Below are positions 1-13,736 of a DNA stretch of 64,000 bases, in pieces. Below the pieces are notes generated by a model. The model saw only the letters and a program-made list of their open reading frames with translations, made no database searches and was not told where the DNA came from. The stretch comes from the human T2T-CHM13v2.0 reference genome, Homo sapiens: NCBI RefSeq assembly GCF_009914755.1, contig NC_060929.1; one strand, 5' to 3'. Both the position numbers and the translations under genes were made by a program. How positions within the stretch are numbered: the first letter of the stretch is position 1; every line of letters starts with the position of its first letter.

Positions 1-715
1 TTTGAATTTGAAAGAAATAAGATTTAAGTTTGCAAAGAGTCTTTGAAGTTCAAGAGAACTTGATTGATTTATTATATTTATAAGAGCTGGGTAAGTGATT
101 TGAAGGAATTGGTTTATTGTAAGTCTATCCTGTTAGGGATATAAAAGGATTCAGATATATTAAATTTATAAAATATTTTTTAAATGCTTATGGGAATTTA
201 ACTACTTCAGTTTACACATTTGAGTGCTTAAGTGAATTGTATTTGTTCAATTGATGAGTTAATCAACAAATATTAATAAACAAATATAAGTGATCATTCT
301 TATTTTACACAAAAATTACTAAATTTATTATTTAAAACAAAGTTTGTCACTTTAACAGGTTAAGAAAAAATTAATTTTCAACTTAAAAATTGAGCCTCTA
401 TTTAAACAATTACCCTAAGTAAACTTTTCTGAGAAAATATCTTTACTAAAATGTTTTTTCTTAAGTCTTAACTGTTATATACCTCATACGAATTCAGAAA
501 GGGGTCACATTTTGCTTTGAAACATAAGTATGGTTGTTCTGTTTTCCTTATTAACCATTTGAAGGGAGAAAAAATTATCCCAATATTGCAGCTAAGTTTA
601 GAGTCCTGCTGTGGAGATACAGCCTTTCTTGGTAGAATGTCAAACTTGAATCCATTCAACCTACACACATTAATAATATAATAATGATAATTTCAGTATT
701 TGGGTTTATCTTTCA

Positions 716-945
716 CTTTTGCAAAGAATAACTGTACATATTCATGAAGTACATAGTGATGTTTTAATACATATAATGTATGGTGATCAGATCAGGGTAA
801 CTGGCACATCCATCATCTCAAGCCCTTATTATTTCTTTTTGTGGGGGGACAGATATTCAACGTCCTCTTTCTAGCTATTTGAAACTGTATCATATAGTCA
901 ACTGTAGTCACCCTACAGTGGTACAGAACACTGGAACTTACTCTG
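716..945 (-). mobile_element. L1MA-type LINE-1 3' end fragment
   Basis: Matches the reverse complement of the L1MA 3'UTR (gatcagatcagggtaa...ctagctattt gaaa...gtcaccctac...gaacactggaactta). Confidence 0.8.
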
Positions 946-2925
946 GCCATCGGCTTCTCTAATCAGCGTTTTCTACAAAGCAACCAGAGGCAATTTATGA
1001 TTCTTTCTATCTACTTGAAACCTGGAGACACATGCACCTTACTAACATCATGATGAAGTGTCCTTGGACTTGACTGCTAAGACTATTCCATTTCTAGGAG
1101 ACTTTTTCCCCTTGGGGCTAGAGGACAAAGTAATATCTTCAAAAGCTAAAAGCTCTTGAACACAAAAAGGGCCCAGCACCATGTCTAGCACATAACAGGT
1201 GTGCAACATACCAGGGTTTCCCTATTCTCAGCTCTTTTACTTCAAGCCTTAATTGCCTTCTACCTCCAAGAAAAAAAAAAGAAAAGTAGCCAGGTCTAGG
1301 AGTCAGGATGCCATTGGAGGTTTCGGATAATGTCTTGAGGACTCAGAAGATGAAGCTGCTATAGGGCATAATTTCCCTTTCCTGGTCACACTTGGCCCCA
1401 TCCAAGACAAAGTAGGAACAATTTCCTTCGGCACAGGCTCAAGTGCTGAAGAAGTTTTTCAAGTTCATCCCCTCCTGGTTTTCCTTGTGCTCTCAAGAGT
1501 TCCCAATCTAAGCTCTAATTCAGGGTCCTGATCCTGATCCTTGTGCTCAGAGGAACATGGATGTGCTTTGGAGCAGCCCTTGAATTTGTCTGTGTTGGTG
1601 AATTTGTGTGACAAATTTGGGGTAAGTGTAATTGAATATTGTCATTTTATAGGGAGAGGATCCACAGCTTCCATCCTATTCTCTAAGGGTCCAGAAAAGT
1701 GAAGCTCAACCACCCCAGACATTTCCCAGGTCCTCTCCCTCACCGAAACATACTGACCTCTGTCCATTTCCTGGGAACTTGTCTGCAGGCAAATAGACAA
1801 ATTAACCCCAATGAAGATGGCAGGAGATGACAGGGACCTCAGGGTTGCTCTTCAAGAGCCAGAATAAACTTCATACAACAAAAGAGTCACTGATGTGGCA
1901 TGTCAGGACACTGATCAAGGCATTAAAGGTGTTTGAAGATTGTAGGTTAAGAATTTAAATACAGCAGAATAATTTAACTCTTACAAGACCACACAGTAGA
2001 CACAAAAATGCTTGCTAAACAGATGTGTCCACAGTAGCCCTTCCCTGTGAACAAAAGTCTTTCATTGACTCACTGCTCATATCTACCCCACTGGGCCCAG
2101 GCACCAGCCCTAGCAGAAATGCAGGGACTGTCACCCTACCCACTTGCTGTGAGCAGAACCTATAGCTTCAGGGTAGGGAGAGGACAATTCAAGAGGATAT
2201 GGCCAGCAAGGGTCTCAAATAGGACTTTATGCATCATACTGCCTCTTTGAGTAAGGTGAACAACTGTCTGGGTTTTAGCACTGAAATTCCTGCATCCTGG
2301 GAAACCTCTCAGTCCCCACAAATTGGGAAGATTTGTTGCCCTGCATACAAAAATCCCCAAATTTCCTCCTTCTGGGAAGTATTCAGAGCTTCCATCCTAA
2401 GCCAAAAACAACAAAAGAGTGGCCTGAAAGTCCTTTAAAGATGTGTCATTTGAAAACATAAAGGAAAGTCTTTGGCGCAGAAAATAGCTATTTTCTGAAA
2501 AAAAAAAAAGAAAAGAAAAAAAAAAAGAAAAGTGTTCTCTGCCAGTGGCACCACACCAATTCCTTGATAACTGGCAGACTTTGACTCAAGCAGCACTCAA
2601 CTTTGAATCAAAGTTAAATTAAAAAGCCCTACTTCAAACTGTCATATTTTCCTCCACTTGTTTCCTATAACTACCCCCTGCTAACCCAAACATGTTTCCC
2701 TTCACAGGACTGTCCTTAGTCGGCAGACATTGTTGCTACAGTCACTGGGAAACACTGCTCCATATATAGGCAACGTGTCTTGGAGCCACATGTTCTGCCC
2801 TTCAACATCCTCCTGGGATCCTCCTGGGGTGCTAGGAGGAGTTTGATTGGGCTCACCAATCCTCAGCCTTTGCTAGATGAAGAGCATTATGGGGGATGAG
2901 AGGATGTCACAACTGTCCCCTAGAC

Positions 2926-3130
2926 CAATGCTTCCAACCCAGATGATTATGCCTCCTCCCCGGGGAAGACTTGGCAATATTTGAAGATGTTGATTGTTGT
3001 GACTGGAAGGTTTGCTACTGGCATGTAGTGCGTAGAGGCCAGGGGTACTGCTGACGTACCCTACAATGCACAGGATAGCCCCCCAACAACATAGAATTCA
3101 ATGTCAATGTCAGTAGTCAGTGAGGGTCCT
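2926..3130 (+). mobile_element. MER20 hAT-Charlie non-autonomous DNA transposon
   Basis: ttggcaatatttgaagatg...gctactggcatgtagtgcgtagaggccaggg...ctacaatgcacaggatagcccccc follows the MER20 consensus. Confidence 0.85.
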
Positions 3131-3329
3131 CTCAGAGGCTGCTTTATAGCATGTGGGGTACTTGGAAGACAAGGCAGCCCGAAGTTTGCACATTTACCAC
3201 CTTCTCTGAGACACAGCCTCACTGCTTCTGAATGAGAAAAAAAGCTTGTTTTAGCAGGAGACAGAAGAAAGCATGAATTAACAGCAAAAAATTCTAGTCT
3301 ATAGAATAAAAATATCTCCTACCCAGCCG

Positions 3330-3505
3330 AGGAATCAGGAACAATTAGTGCCTAATATAGGTTGTTGATGATGATGCCACCGGTGATTCTGCAGCTCATT
3401 CCTCTGTTGACTTAAATCCCAGGAATCAGGAAAAATTAGTGCCTAATAAAGGTTGTTGACGATGATGCCACTGCTGATTCTGCAACTCATCCTTCTGTTG
3501 ACTTA
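3330..3505 (+). repeat. Tandem duplication, 91-bp period, 2 copies
   Basis: aggaatcagga...ctgttgactta occurs at 3330-3414 and 3421-3505, with 8 mismatches in 85 nt by eye. Confidence 0.95.
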
Positions 3506-3664
3506 CGTAGCAGGCTGTTTTTAGCTTAATTTTGAACTCTTTTTGAAATACCTTGCAAATTCTACAATTATAAAAAAAAATCTACGTAGATTTTAAAAAA
3601 TGAATTTGCAAGGTATTCCAAAGAGAATTCAACATTAAACTAAAAACAGCACCCTACATAAGTC
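3500..3664. repeat. Inverted repeat (63-bp arms, 39-nt spacer)
   Basis: 3500-3562 aligns to the reverse complement of 3602-3664 at 54/63 with no gaps. The spacer contains the palindrome aaaatctacgtagatttt. Confidence 0.95.
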
Positions 3665-3679
3665 ATGTTCAACTAATAC

Positions 3680-4185
3680 ACCTGCATATTTGCCTCCAAA
3701 GATGTGTATACGAATGTTCACAGCAGCATTATTCACGATAGTTTAAAAGTGGAAACAATCGGGATACCCATCAGCTGGTGAACTGGCCATGGAAGCATGG
3801 AACATCCACGCAATGGAATACATGTGATAATAAAAGGGAACGAGAACATAAATGAGCCTCAAAAACATTAGGCTAAATGAAAGAAGCCAGACAGAAAAGA
3901 TCCCATGGTGTACGATTTGATTAATATGAACGATCTTTTCTTAAAAATAAATCTACAGAAAGAGAAGATTCGTGGTTGCCTTGAGTTGGGAGAGGGCTCC
4001 TAGGGTTGGGAATGGGGATTGATCACAAATGGACATGAGGAATGTTTCTGGGGTAGTGTAAATGTCCTAAAATTGGATTATGGTGATAATTGTACAATTC
4101 TGTAAATTTACAAAAAAAATTGAATTGTATACTTAAAACAGGTGAAATTATATGGTTAGTAATTACACATCAATAAAGCTCTTGC
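3680..4185 (+). mobile_element. Old L1 (L1MB/L1M) ORF2 end and 3'UTR
   Basis: gaatgttcacagcagcattattcacgatag...ggaaacaa...aatggaata...gaaagaagccagacag...gtggttgcc..., ending in caataaagc. Confidence 0.85.
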
Positions 4186-4244
4186 CAAAAATCTACTGAA
4201 CTTGGATTGTTTTTCTGATATTTGGTAGGAAATGTTGTAGAAAG

Positions 4245-4365
4245 AACATTTAATTAGAAAAAATTATATTTATGTCCTAGCCCTGATTCTACTCATAATT
4301 AATGGCATCACTACAAGGAAGGCATTGATTTCCTCCTGGACTCAGTTTCCCCATCTGTAAAATGC
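4245..4365 (+). mobile_element. MIR fragment
   Basis: MIR core ctcagtttccccatctgtaaaatg. Confidence 0.65.
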
Positions 4366-5880
4366 TGAGGGTCCCAGAAATACTGTTTATCCTTCATGCT
4401 GTGAGCTTTGGTTAACTGGCTGCTCACATTTCAACAGGAAGAGCAGATGGCTACAACTTAACTCATGAGCCTGGGTCACTACTTTACAACAATTAAATCA
4501 GGCTTGAAGTCCGCTTTGGTTTACAGAGAATGAACTGACTGTGCCAACGTAAGTAAAATCCAGTACCACATGGACAGCTGAAGCAATCTCTCCCGCAAAC
4601 TCAGCCTGCTTATCATCAGAAAGGATGCTCCTTCCAAACAATATCCCTCAGAGGTATAGACAGAGCATGTCTGCCATCTTCCCACACAAACCCAGGGAAG
4701 GACCAGGACACTGACTACCTCTCAGGCAGGCATATACACACCCAAAGAGGTTCCTCTCCCCTTTCTAAGCCTGGCTATAGTGCCACTTCACCTGCTTTAG
4801 ACAACTGCTGGGACATGCAGTGATCCACAGACCAGTATCTGCAGCAGGACAGTGCCTCCCCCTCACCAATGCCTGTTAGGTTGTCTCTCTAAAGCGCCAC
4901 TTGTCACTAGGTGGGAAGAAAACCACAGCTCTACCCCTTATCATTTTTAGGACATTAAAACTGCAACAACAAAATTAAGGGGGCACCCTAGTTCAAAATA
5001 TTTTCCAAAATGCTGACACTTTTTCATTCACAAATTCCCACCTGTGTCATGCATAGTGCAAACTAATTAACTAAGTATCAGTGACAATTATAGCTCCTCA
5101 ATCACAAAATTATCTTCCAAAGAGAATTTCCTTAGCAAGGTGAGGAGATTTAGCCAGGCTGCATCAAATCAGAAACATCATCTAAGAAAGCCAAAACTGA
5201 GGGATCCTGAGGCAGAGGATTCACCTTGAATACCAGCTGCTCATCAAGATTTATTAGAGGACATGTTTCAGTGAGAACAGTAGACTAAGATACACACCAG
5301 TCCAGAAATATTGAATTATTTCTTCTCTTAAAACAACTCAGCTGTGTCTTTTCCCACCATACCGTTTCACTGATCCTCTGAAATAATTTGCAACTCTGTC
5401 ACTATATCACTAAATTAGGGGGCATAATTCTCCCAATTAAGCATTTAAGTCAAACAAGAAGAAGAGAAAGAAAGAAACATCTCCTGGCATCTTTTACTAA
5501 ACTTTAAAGTAACTGAAGACTTGTTCTTGCCAAACGGTAAGTGCTAAATCCTGAGGGCTGTCACAGCTTCAAACGAGCTAACAGATGTTTGTTCTCAAGC
5601 ACATTTTCCTCTCAATGGCATTTTGAGGGTATCATAAACTTCCTAACACAGTATTTCAGTGGAAACGTTTTTCGTAAGATTATTTTGTTATCATAAAAAA
5701 ATCCCACAAGCATTTTTGAATATATGTTGCTCTATAGGAAACAACTAATGAGATTTAGCAATGTGGAAAAAGGTAGAAACTGCCAAGGTGAGTTCATTTA
5801 CAAGCACACGTGGAGATGAACCTTAAGCAGGCCTATTTCTTTCCTCTTTTGGCCTACCTCCTATAACTCCTAGTATAGAA

Positions 5881-6048
5881 CAGAGGGACAATTGGCAATG
5901 GCTGAAGAATTTTTGGTTGTCATAATTGGGTATGCTAGTGGATAGAGGCCAGGGATGCTGTTCAAAATCCTACGATGTTCCAAACAGCCCCTAACGACAA
6001 AATTACGCAGCCCAATATGTCAATAGTGTAGACATTGAAAAATGCTGG
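5881..6048 (+). mobile_element. MER20 fragment
   Basis: gggacaattggcaatg...tttttggttgtca...gtggatagaggccagggatgctg...atgtcaatagtg. Confidence 0.85.
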
Positions 6049-6679
6049 CATAGACAGATATAATTTCATTTGGGTTCATATCTCTGGGAATGAGACATAT
6101 TTTCTACCTGTGTTTAGCTTAGTCTTAGACCAGACACATAAACACAGGTTTCCAATGTAATACAGAGTTCTCTCAAATACAGCAGCCTTTGTGGTGGGAG
6201 GGAGGGTCTACTGTGGAAAGAATGGGAGGTGGTGAAATACACTTAACACAGTGAAGAGCTAAGGAAGGGCTTCCTAGCTCTTCACATAGGCCTGTGATGG
6301 AAGATGAATAAGAATTGGCCAAACTAAGGAGAGGGCAAGGGCAAGTAGATGTGTAGGCACCTCCAAGTGCCTGTGTATAGAGTGAAGGGAGGAAGGGCCA
6401 GCTCTGCAGCACCTTGAATGCCAAGCTGGGTTTTATCTGGTGGGCCATGGTCATGAGGGTCATGGGCCACTTCTAGTCCTTCTCATGCCACCTCTTTCAA
6501 ATTATCCATTGGCCCTGTTGTGGACTAAATGTTTGCATTCCCCTAAAATTCATATTTTGAAGCCCTATCTCCCAGTGTGATGGAATTAGAAGATGGGGTC
6601 TTTGGGAGATAATTACATTTAAATAAGGCCCTTGGGGTAGAGCCCCCATAAGAGTAGTACCCTTATAAGAAAAAGAAGA

Positions 6680-6950
6680 GGCTGGGCATGGTGGCTCAAC
6701 CCTGTAATCCCCGTACTTTGGGAGGCCAAGGCAGGCAGATCACCTGAGGTCAGGAGTTTGAGAACAGCCTTGTAAACATGGTGAAACCCCGTCTCTACTA
6801 AAACTACAAAAATTAGGCTGGCATGGTGGCAGGAGCCTATAATCCCAGCTTCTCAGGAGGGTGAGGCAGGAGAATTGCTTGAACCTGGGAGGCGGAGTTG
6901 CAGTGAGCAGAGATCACACTATTGCATTCCAGCCTGGGCGACAAAGTGAG
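6680..6950 (+). mobile_element. AluS (Sx/Sz-like) lacking its 3' end and poly-A
   Basis: Dimeric Alu ggctgggcatggtggctc...agatcacctgaggtcaggag. It stops at acaaagtgag and rejoins LTR sequence. Confidence 0.92.
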
Positions 6951-8240
6951 AGAGAAACCAGATGTTCCTTCTTCTCTCCACCATGTGAGGATACAGGAAA
7001 AAGGCAGCCATCTGCAGGACAGGAAGAGGGCCATTACCAGAACCTGAACATGCTGGCACCTTGATGCAAGACCACCAGAACTGAGAGAAATCAATGCCTG
7101 TTCTTTAAGCCACTCAGTCTATGATATTTTGTTATAGAAGCCCAAGCTGATATTTTTGGAGGATTAAGATGGCAGATAGGAGGCAGGACTAGCTTGCAGC
7201 TCCCACTCAGGTGGACACAGCAGTGTGTGGAGACTTACATCATAAACTTTGGCTCCAAGAACTACTACAGGAACATACCAGGAAAGCCAAGAGAATCCAC
7301 AGACCCTTTGAAGGAAAGGGATCACCGTTGCAGGCTCCCTGAGATGCCAAAAACTGTGAGTCTGCTTGCTTTTTCAAGGGGGAAGCTGGTGGTCTGGGGC
7401 AAGTTCTCAGTCCTGGTCACTGGCCGCCTGGAAATAGACTCAATGCTGTTGTGGGGCACAGTGGGAAGTGAGACCAGCCTTTAGGACTGCTGGCTGCATC
7501 AGGAGGGGGCAAGGCCTGTGACTGCTGGCTTTCCCACACTTTCCTGGCAACGTGCATGACACAGCAGAGGCAGCCATAATTCCCCTGGGAACATAACTCC
7601 ATTGGACTGGGAACCACTCCCCCATCCCCCACAGCAGCCACGGCAAGCCCTGCCTGGGGAGAGTCTGAGCTCAGACATACCTATCCCTGCCCCAACCTGG
7701 TGGTCTTTCTCTACCCACCCGGGTAGCTGAAGACAAAGGTCATAATCTCTTGGGAGCTCTATGGCCCTGCCAACTGCCTGAGAAACCTGAATACTTAACC
7801 AGGCATCCCTAGGGCAAGCTTGCATCTTCCTTATAGTACCATAGCTGATGCACTATTGAAAGCACCACCTACTGGCTGGCAGCCAACCAACACAAAACCA
7901 ACACACTAAACCAAAATACAAGCAAGGACCCTCACAAAGTCTACTTTACTCCCCTGCTACCTTCATGGGAGCAGGTTCTGGTATCCATGGCTGAGAGATC
8001 TGAAGACAGATCACATCACAGGACCCTGCAGATGTTCCCCAGTACCAGCCCAGAGCTCAGTAGCTCCTCTGCGTGGCTAGACCCAGAAAAGCAAAAACAA
8101 TCACTGCAGTTCAGCTCCCAGGAAGTCCCAACCCTAGGTGAAGAGTGCAAAGACCTCATCAAAGGAGCACCCCGTGGAACAAAAGAATCTGAACAAGCAG
8201 CCCTTGAGTCCCAGATCTTCCCTCTGACATAATGTACCCA

Positions 8241-9590
<1,350 letters not shown>

Positions 9591-9630
9591 AATAACACAA
9601 TGAAAAAAAGGTATTTAGGCAACAAATAGC

Positions 9631-12600
9631 ATGATGAGTAGAATAGTACCTCATATCTCAATACTAACATTGAATGTAAATGGTCTAAATGCTCCACTTA
9701 AAAGACCACACAATGGCAGACTGGATAAGAATTCACCAACCAAGTTTCTGCTGTCTTCAAGAGACTCACCTAACACATAAGGATTCACATAAACTTAAGG
9801 TAAAGGGGAGGAAAGAGATATTCCATGCCAATGGACACCAAAAGAGAGTAGGGGTAACTATTCTTATATCAGATAAAACAAACTTTAAAGCAACAGCAGT
9901 TTAAAAAGACAAAGAGGGACATTATATAATGATAAAAGGACTAATGCAACAGGAAAATATCACAATCCTAAATATATATGCACCTAACACTGGAGCTCCC
10001 AAATTTATAAAACAATTACCCTGCTAGACCTAAGAAATGACATTGATGGCAACATAATAACAGTGGGGGACTTTAATACTCCACTGACAGCACCAGATGG
10101 GTCATCAAGACAGAAAGTCAACAAAGAAACAATGGACTTAAATCATACCCCACAACAAATGGACTTAACAGATATTTACAGAACATTCTATCCAACAACT
10201 GCAGAATATACAATCTATTCTTCAGCACATGGAACATTCTCCAAGATAGACCATATGATAGGCCACAAAACAAGTCTCAATAAATTTAAGAATATCAAAA
10301 TTATATCAAGTACTCTCTCAGACCACAGTGGAATAAAATTGGAAACAAACTCCGAAAGAAACCCTCGAAACCATGCAAATACATGGAAATTAAACAACCT
10401 GTTCCTGAATAATCATTGTTTTGACAATAAAATCAAGATGGAAATAAAAAATTCTTTGAACTGAACAATAACAGTGATAAAACTTGTCCAAACCTCTGGG
10501 ATACACCAAAGGCAGTGCTAAGAGGAAAGTTCATAGCATTAAATGCCTAAATAAAAAGTCTGAAAAAGCACAAATAGACAATCTAAGCTCATGCCTCATG
10601 GAACTACGGAAACAAGAACAAACAAAACCCAAGCCCAGGAGAAGAAAAGAAATAATCAAGATCGAGCAGAACTAAATGAAATTGAAACAAAAGAAAACAA
10701 TGCAAAATATAAATGAAACAAAAAGCTAGTTCATTGAAAAGATAAATATAATTGATAGGCCATTAACATGATAAACAAAAAAAAGAAGACAGAAGATGCA
10801 AATAAGCTCAATTACAAAACAAATGGGAGATATTAGAACCGATACCACAGAAATCCAAAAGATTATACAAGGCTACTATGAACAACTATATGCACATAAA
10901 CTAGAAAACCTAGAGGAGACAGATAAATTCCTGGAAATATACAATCCTCCTAAATTAAATGAGGAAGATATAGAGACTCTGAACAGACTAATAACAAGCA
11001 GGAAGATTGAAATGGTAATTTAAAAAATTATCAAAAATAAAACATCCAGGACCAGGCAGATTCACAGCCGAATTCTATCAGACATTCAAAGAAGAATTGG
11101 TAACAATCCTATTGACACTATTCCAAACAATAGAGAAAGAGGAAATTCTCCCTAAATCATTCAATGAAGCCAGTATCACCCTAATACCAAAACCAGGGAC
11201 AGACATAACCAAAAAAATGGAAACTACAGACCCATATCCCTGAAGAACATAGATGCAAAAATTCTCAACAAAATACTAGCTAACAGAATCTAACAGCATA
11301 TCAAAAAGATAATCCACCATGATCAAGTGGGTCTCACACCAGAAAGGTGGGGATGGTATAACATATGTAAGTCAATAAATGTGATACACCACATAAACAA
11401 AATTAAAAACAAAAATCACATGATCATCTCAATAGATGCAGAAAAACATGTGACAAAATCCAGCATCCCTTTATAATTAAAACCTTCATCAAAATTAGCA
11501 TAGAAGGGACATACCTTAAGGTAATAAAAGCCATCTATGACAAACCCACAGCCAACATTACACTGAACAGGGAAATGTTGAAAGAATTCCCACTGAGAAC
11601 TAGAACAAGACAAGGATACCCAGGTTCACCACTTCTATTCAACACAGTACTGGAAGTCCTAGCCAGAGCAATTAGATAAGAGAAAGAAATTAAGGACATC
11701 CAGGTCAGTAAAGAGGAAGTCAAACTGTGACTGTTTGCTGACGACATGATTCTATATCTAGAAAACTCTAAAGACTCATCCAAAAAGCTTCTAGAACTGG
11801 AAAATGATTTCAGCAAAGTTGCAAGATACAAAATTAACGCACATAAATCAGTAGCTCTGCTATATACCAACAATGACCAAGCTGAGAATCATATCAAGAA
11901 CTCAATCCCTTTTACAATAGCTGCAAAAAAAATAAAATAAAATACTTAGGAAAATACCTAATCAAGAAGGTAAAAGACCTCTACAAGGAAAACTACAAAA
12001 CACTGCTGAAAGAAATCGTAGATAACACAAATGGGAACACATCCTATGCTCATTGATGTGTAGAATCAATATTGTGAAAATGACCATACAGCCAAAAGCA
12101 ATCTATAAATTCAATGCAATTTCCATCAAAATATCACCATCATTCTTCACAGAACTAGAAAAAACAATCCTAAAATTCCTGTGGAACCAAAAAAGAGTTC
12201 ACATAGCCAAAGCAGGATGAAGCAAAAAGAACAAATCTGGAGGCATCACATTGCCTGACTTCAAACTACTATAAGGCCATTGTCATCAAAACTGCATGGT
12301 ACTGGTACAAAAATCATAGACCAAAGGAACAGAATAAAGAATCCAGAAAAGAAATAAAGAGTCAAATACTTACAGCCAATTGATTTTCGGCCAAGCAAAC
12401 AAAAACATAAAGTAGGGAAAGGCCACCCTATTCAACAAATGGTGCTGGGACAATTGGCAAGCCACGTGTAGAAGAATGAAACTGGATTCTCATTTCTCAT
12501 CTTATACAAAAATCAACTCAAGATAAATCAAAGACTTAGATCTATGACCTGAAACCATAACTTTCATTTGAGAAGATAACATCAGAAAAACTCTTCTAGA

Positions 12601-13480
12601 CATTGGCTTAGGCAAAGAGTTCATGATCAAGAACCCAAAAACAAATGCAACAAAAACAGATAAATAGATGGGAATTAATTAAACTAAAAAGCTTATGCAC
12701 AGCAGAAGAAATAATCAACAAAGTTAACAGACAACCCACAGAGTGGAGAAAGTCTTCATAATCTATACATCTGACAAAGGACTAACATCCAGAATCTACA
12801 GAGAACTCAAAAAATATCAGCAAGAAAAAAACAAACAATCCCATCCAAAAGTGGGCTAAGGACATAAATAGAAAATTCTCAAAAGAAGATATACAAATGG
12901 TCAACAAGCATATGAAAAAAATACCGAACGTCACTAATTATCAGGGAAATGCAAATAAAAACCACAATGCAATACCACCTCACTGCTGCAAGAATGGCCA
13001 TATTCAAAAAATGAAAAGATAATAGATGATGGCATGGATGTATTGAAAAGGGAACACATTTACACTGTGGGTGGGAATGTAAACAAGTACAACCACTATG
13101 GAAAAGTGTGGACATTCTTCAAAGAACGAAAAGTATATCTATTATTTGATCCAGCATTCCCACTACTAGGTATCTACCCAGAGGAAAAGAAGTCATTGTA
13201 CGAAAAAGATACTTGCACATGCCTGTTTATAGCAGCACAATTTGCAATTTCAAAAATATGGAACCAGCCCAAATGCCCATCAATCAACTAGTAGATATAG
13301 AAAATTTGGTATATCTACATACCATGGAATACTATTAAGCCATGAAAAAGGAATTAAGTAATGGCATTCACAGCAATCTGGATAGAATTGGAGATGGAAT
13401 TGGAGACTATCATTATAAGTGAAGTAATTCAGGAATGAAAAAGTAAACATCATATGTTCTCACTCATAAGTGGGAGCTAA
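9631..13480 (+). pseudogene. Disrupted L1 ORF2p (APE endonuclease and reverse transcriptase)
   Basis: Endonuclease motifs LQETH, GDFNTPL and SDH appear in ORF fragments. RT motif ctgtttgctgacgacatgatt (LFADDMI) is at 11731. C-terminal VGGNVN..IWNQPKCPS. Many stops and frameshifts. Confidence 0.93.
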
Positions 13481-13736
13481 GCTATGAGGAAGCAAAGGCA
13501 TAAGAATGATACATTGGACTTTTGGGACTCAAGGGTAATGATGAGAGGTAAGAGATAAAAGAATAGACATTGCATGCAGTGTACACTGCTTGAGTGTAAC
13601 CAAACACAACCTGATCCCTAAAAACCTATTGAAATAAAAATAAAACAAATCAAAACAAACAATTAAAATAAAATAAAATTTTAAAATGAAGTTTTATTAG
13701 AACATAAAAAAAAAGTAGCCCAAGTTAACTGAGACA

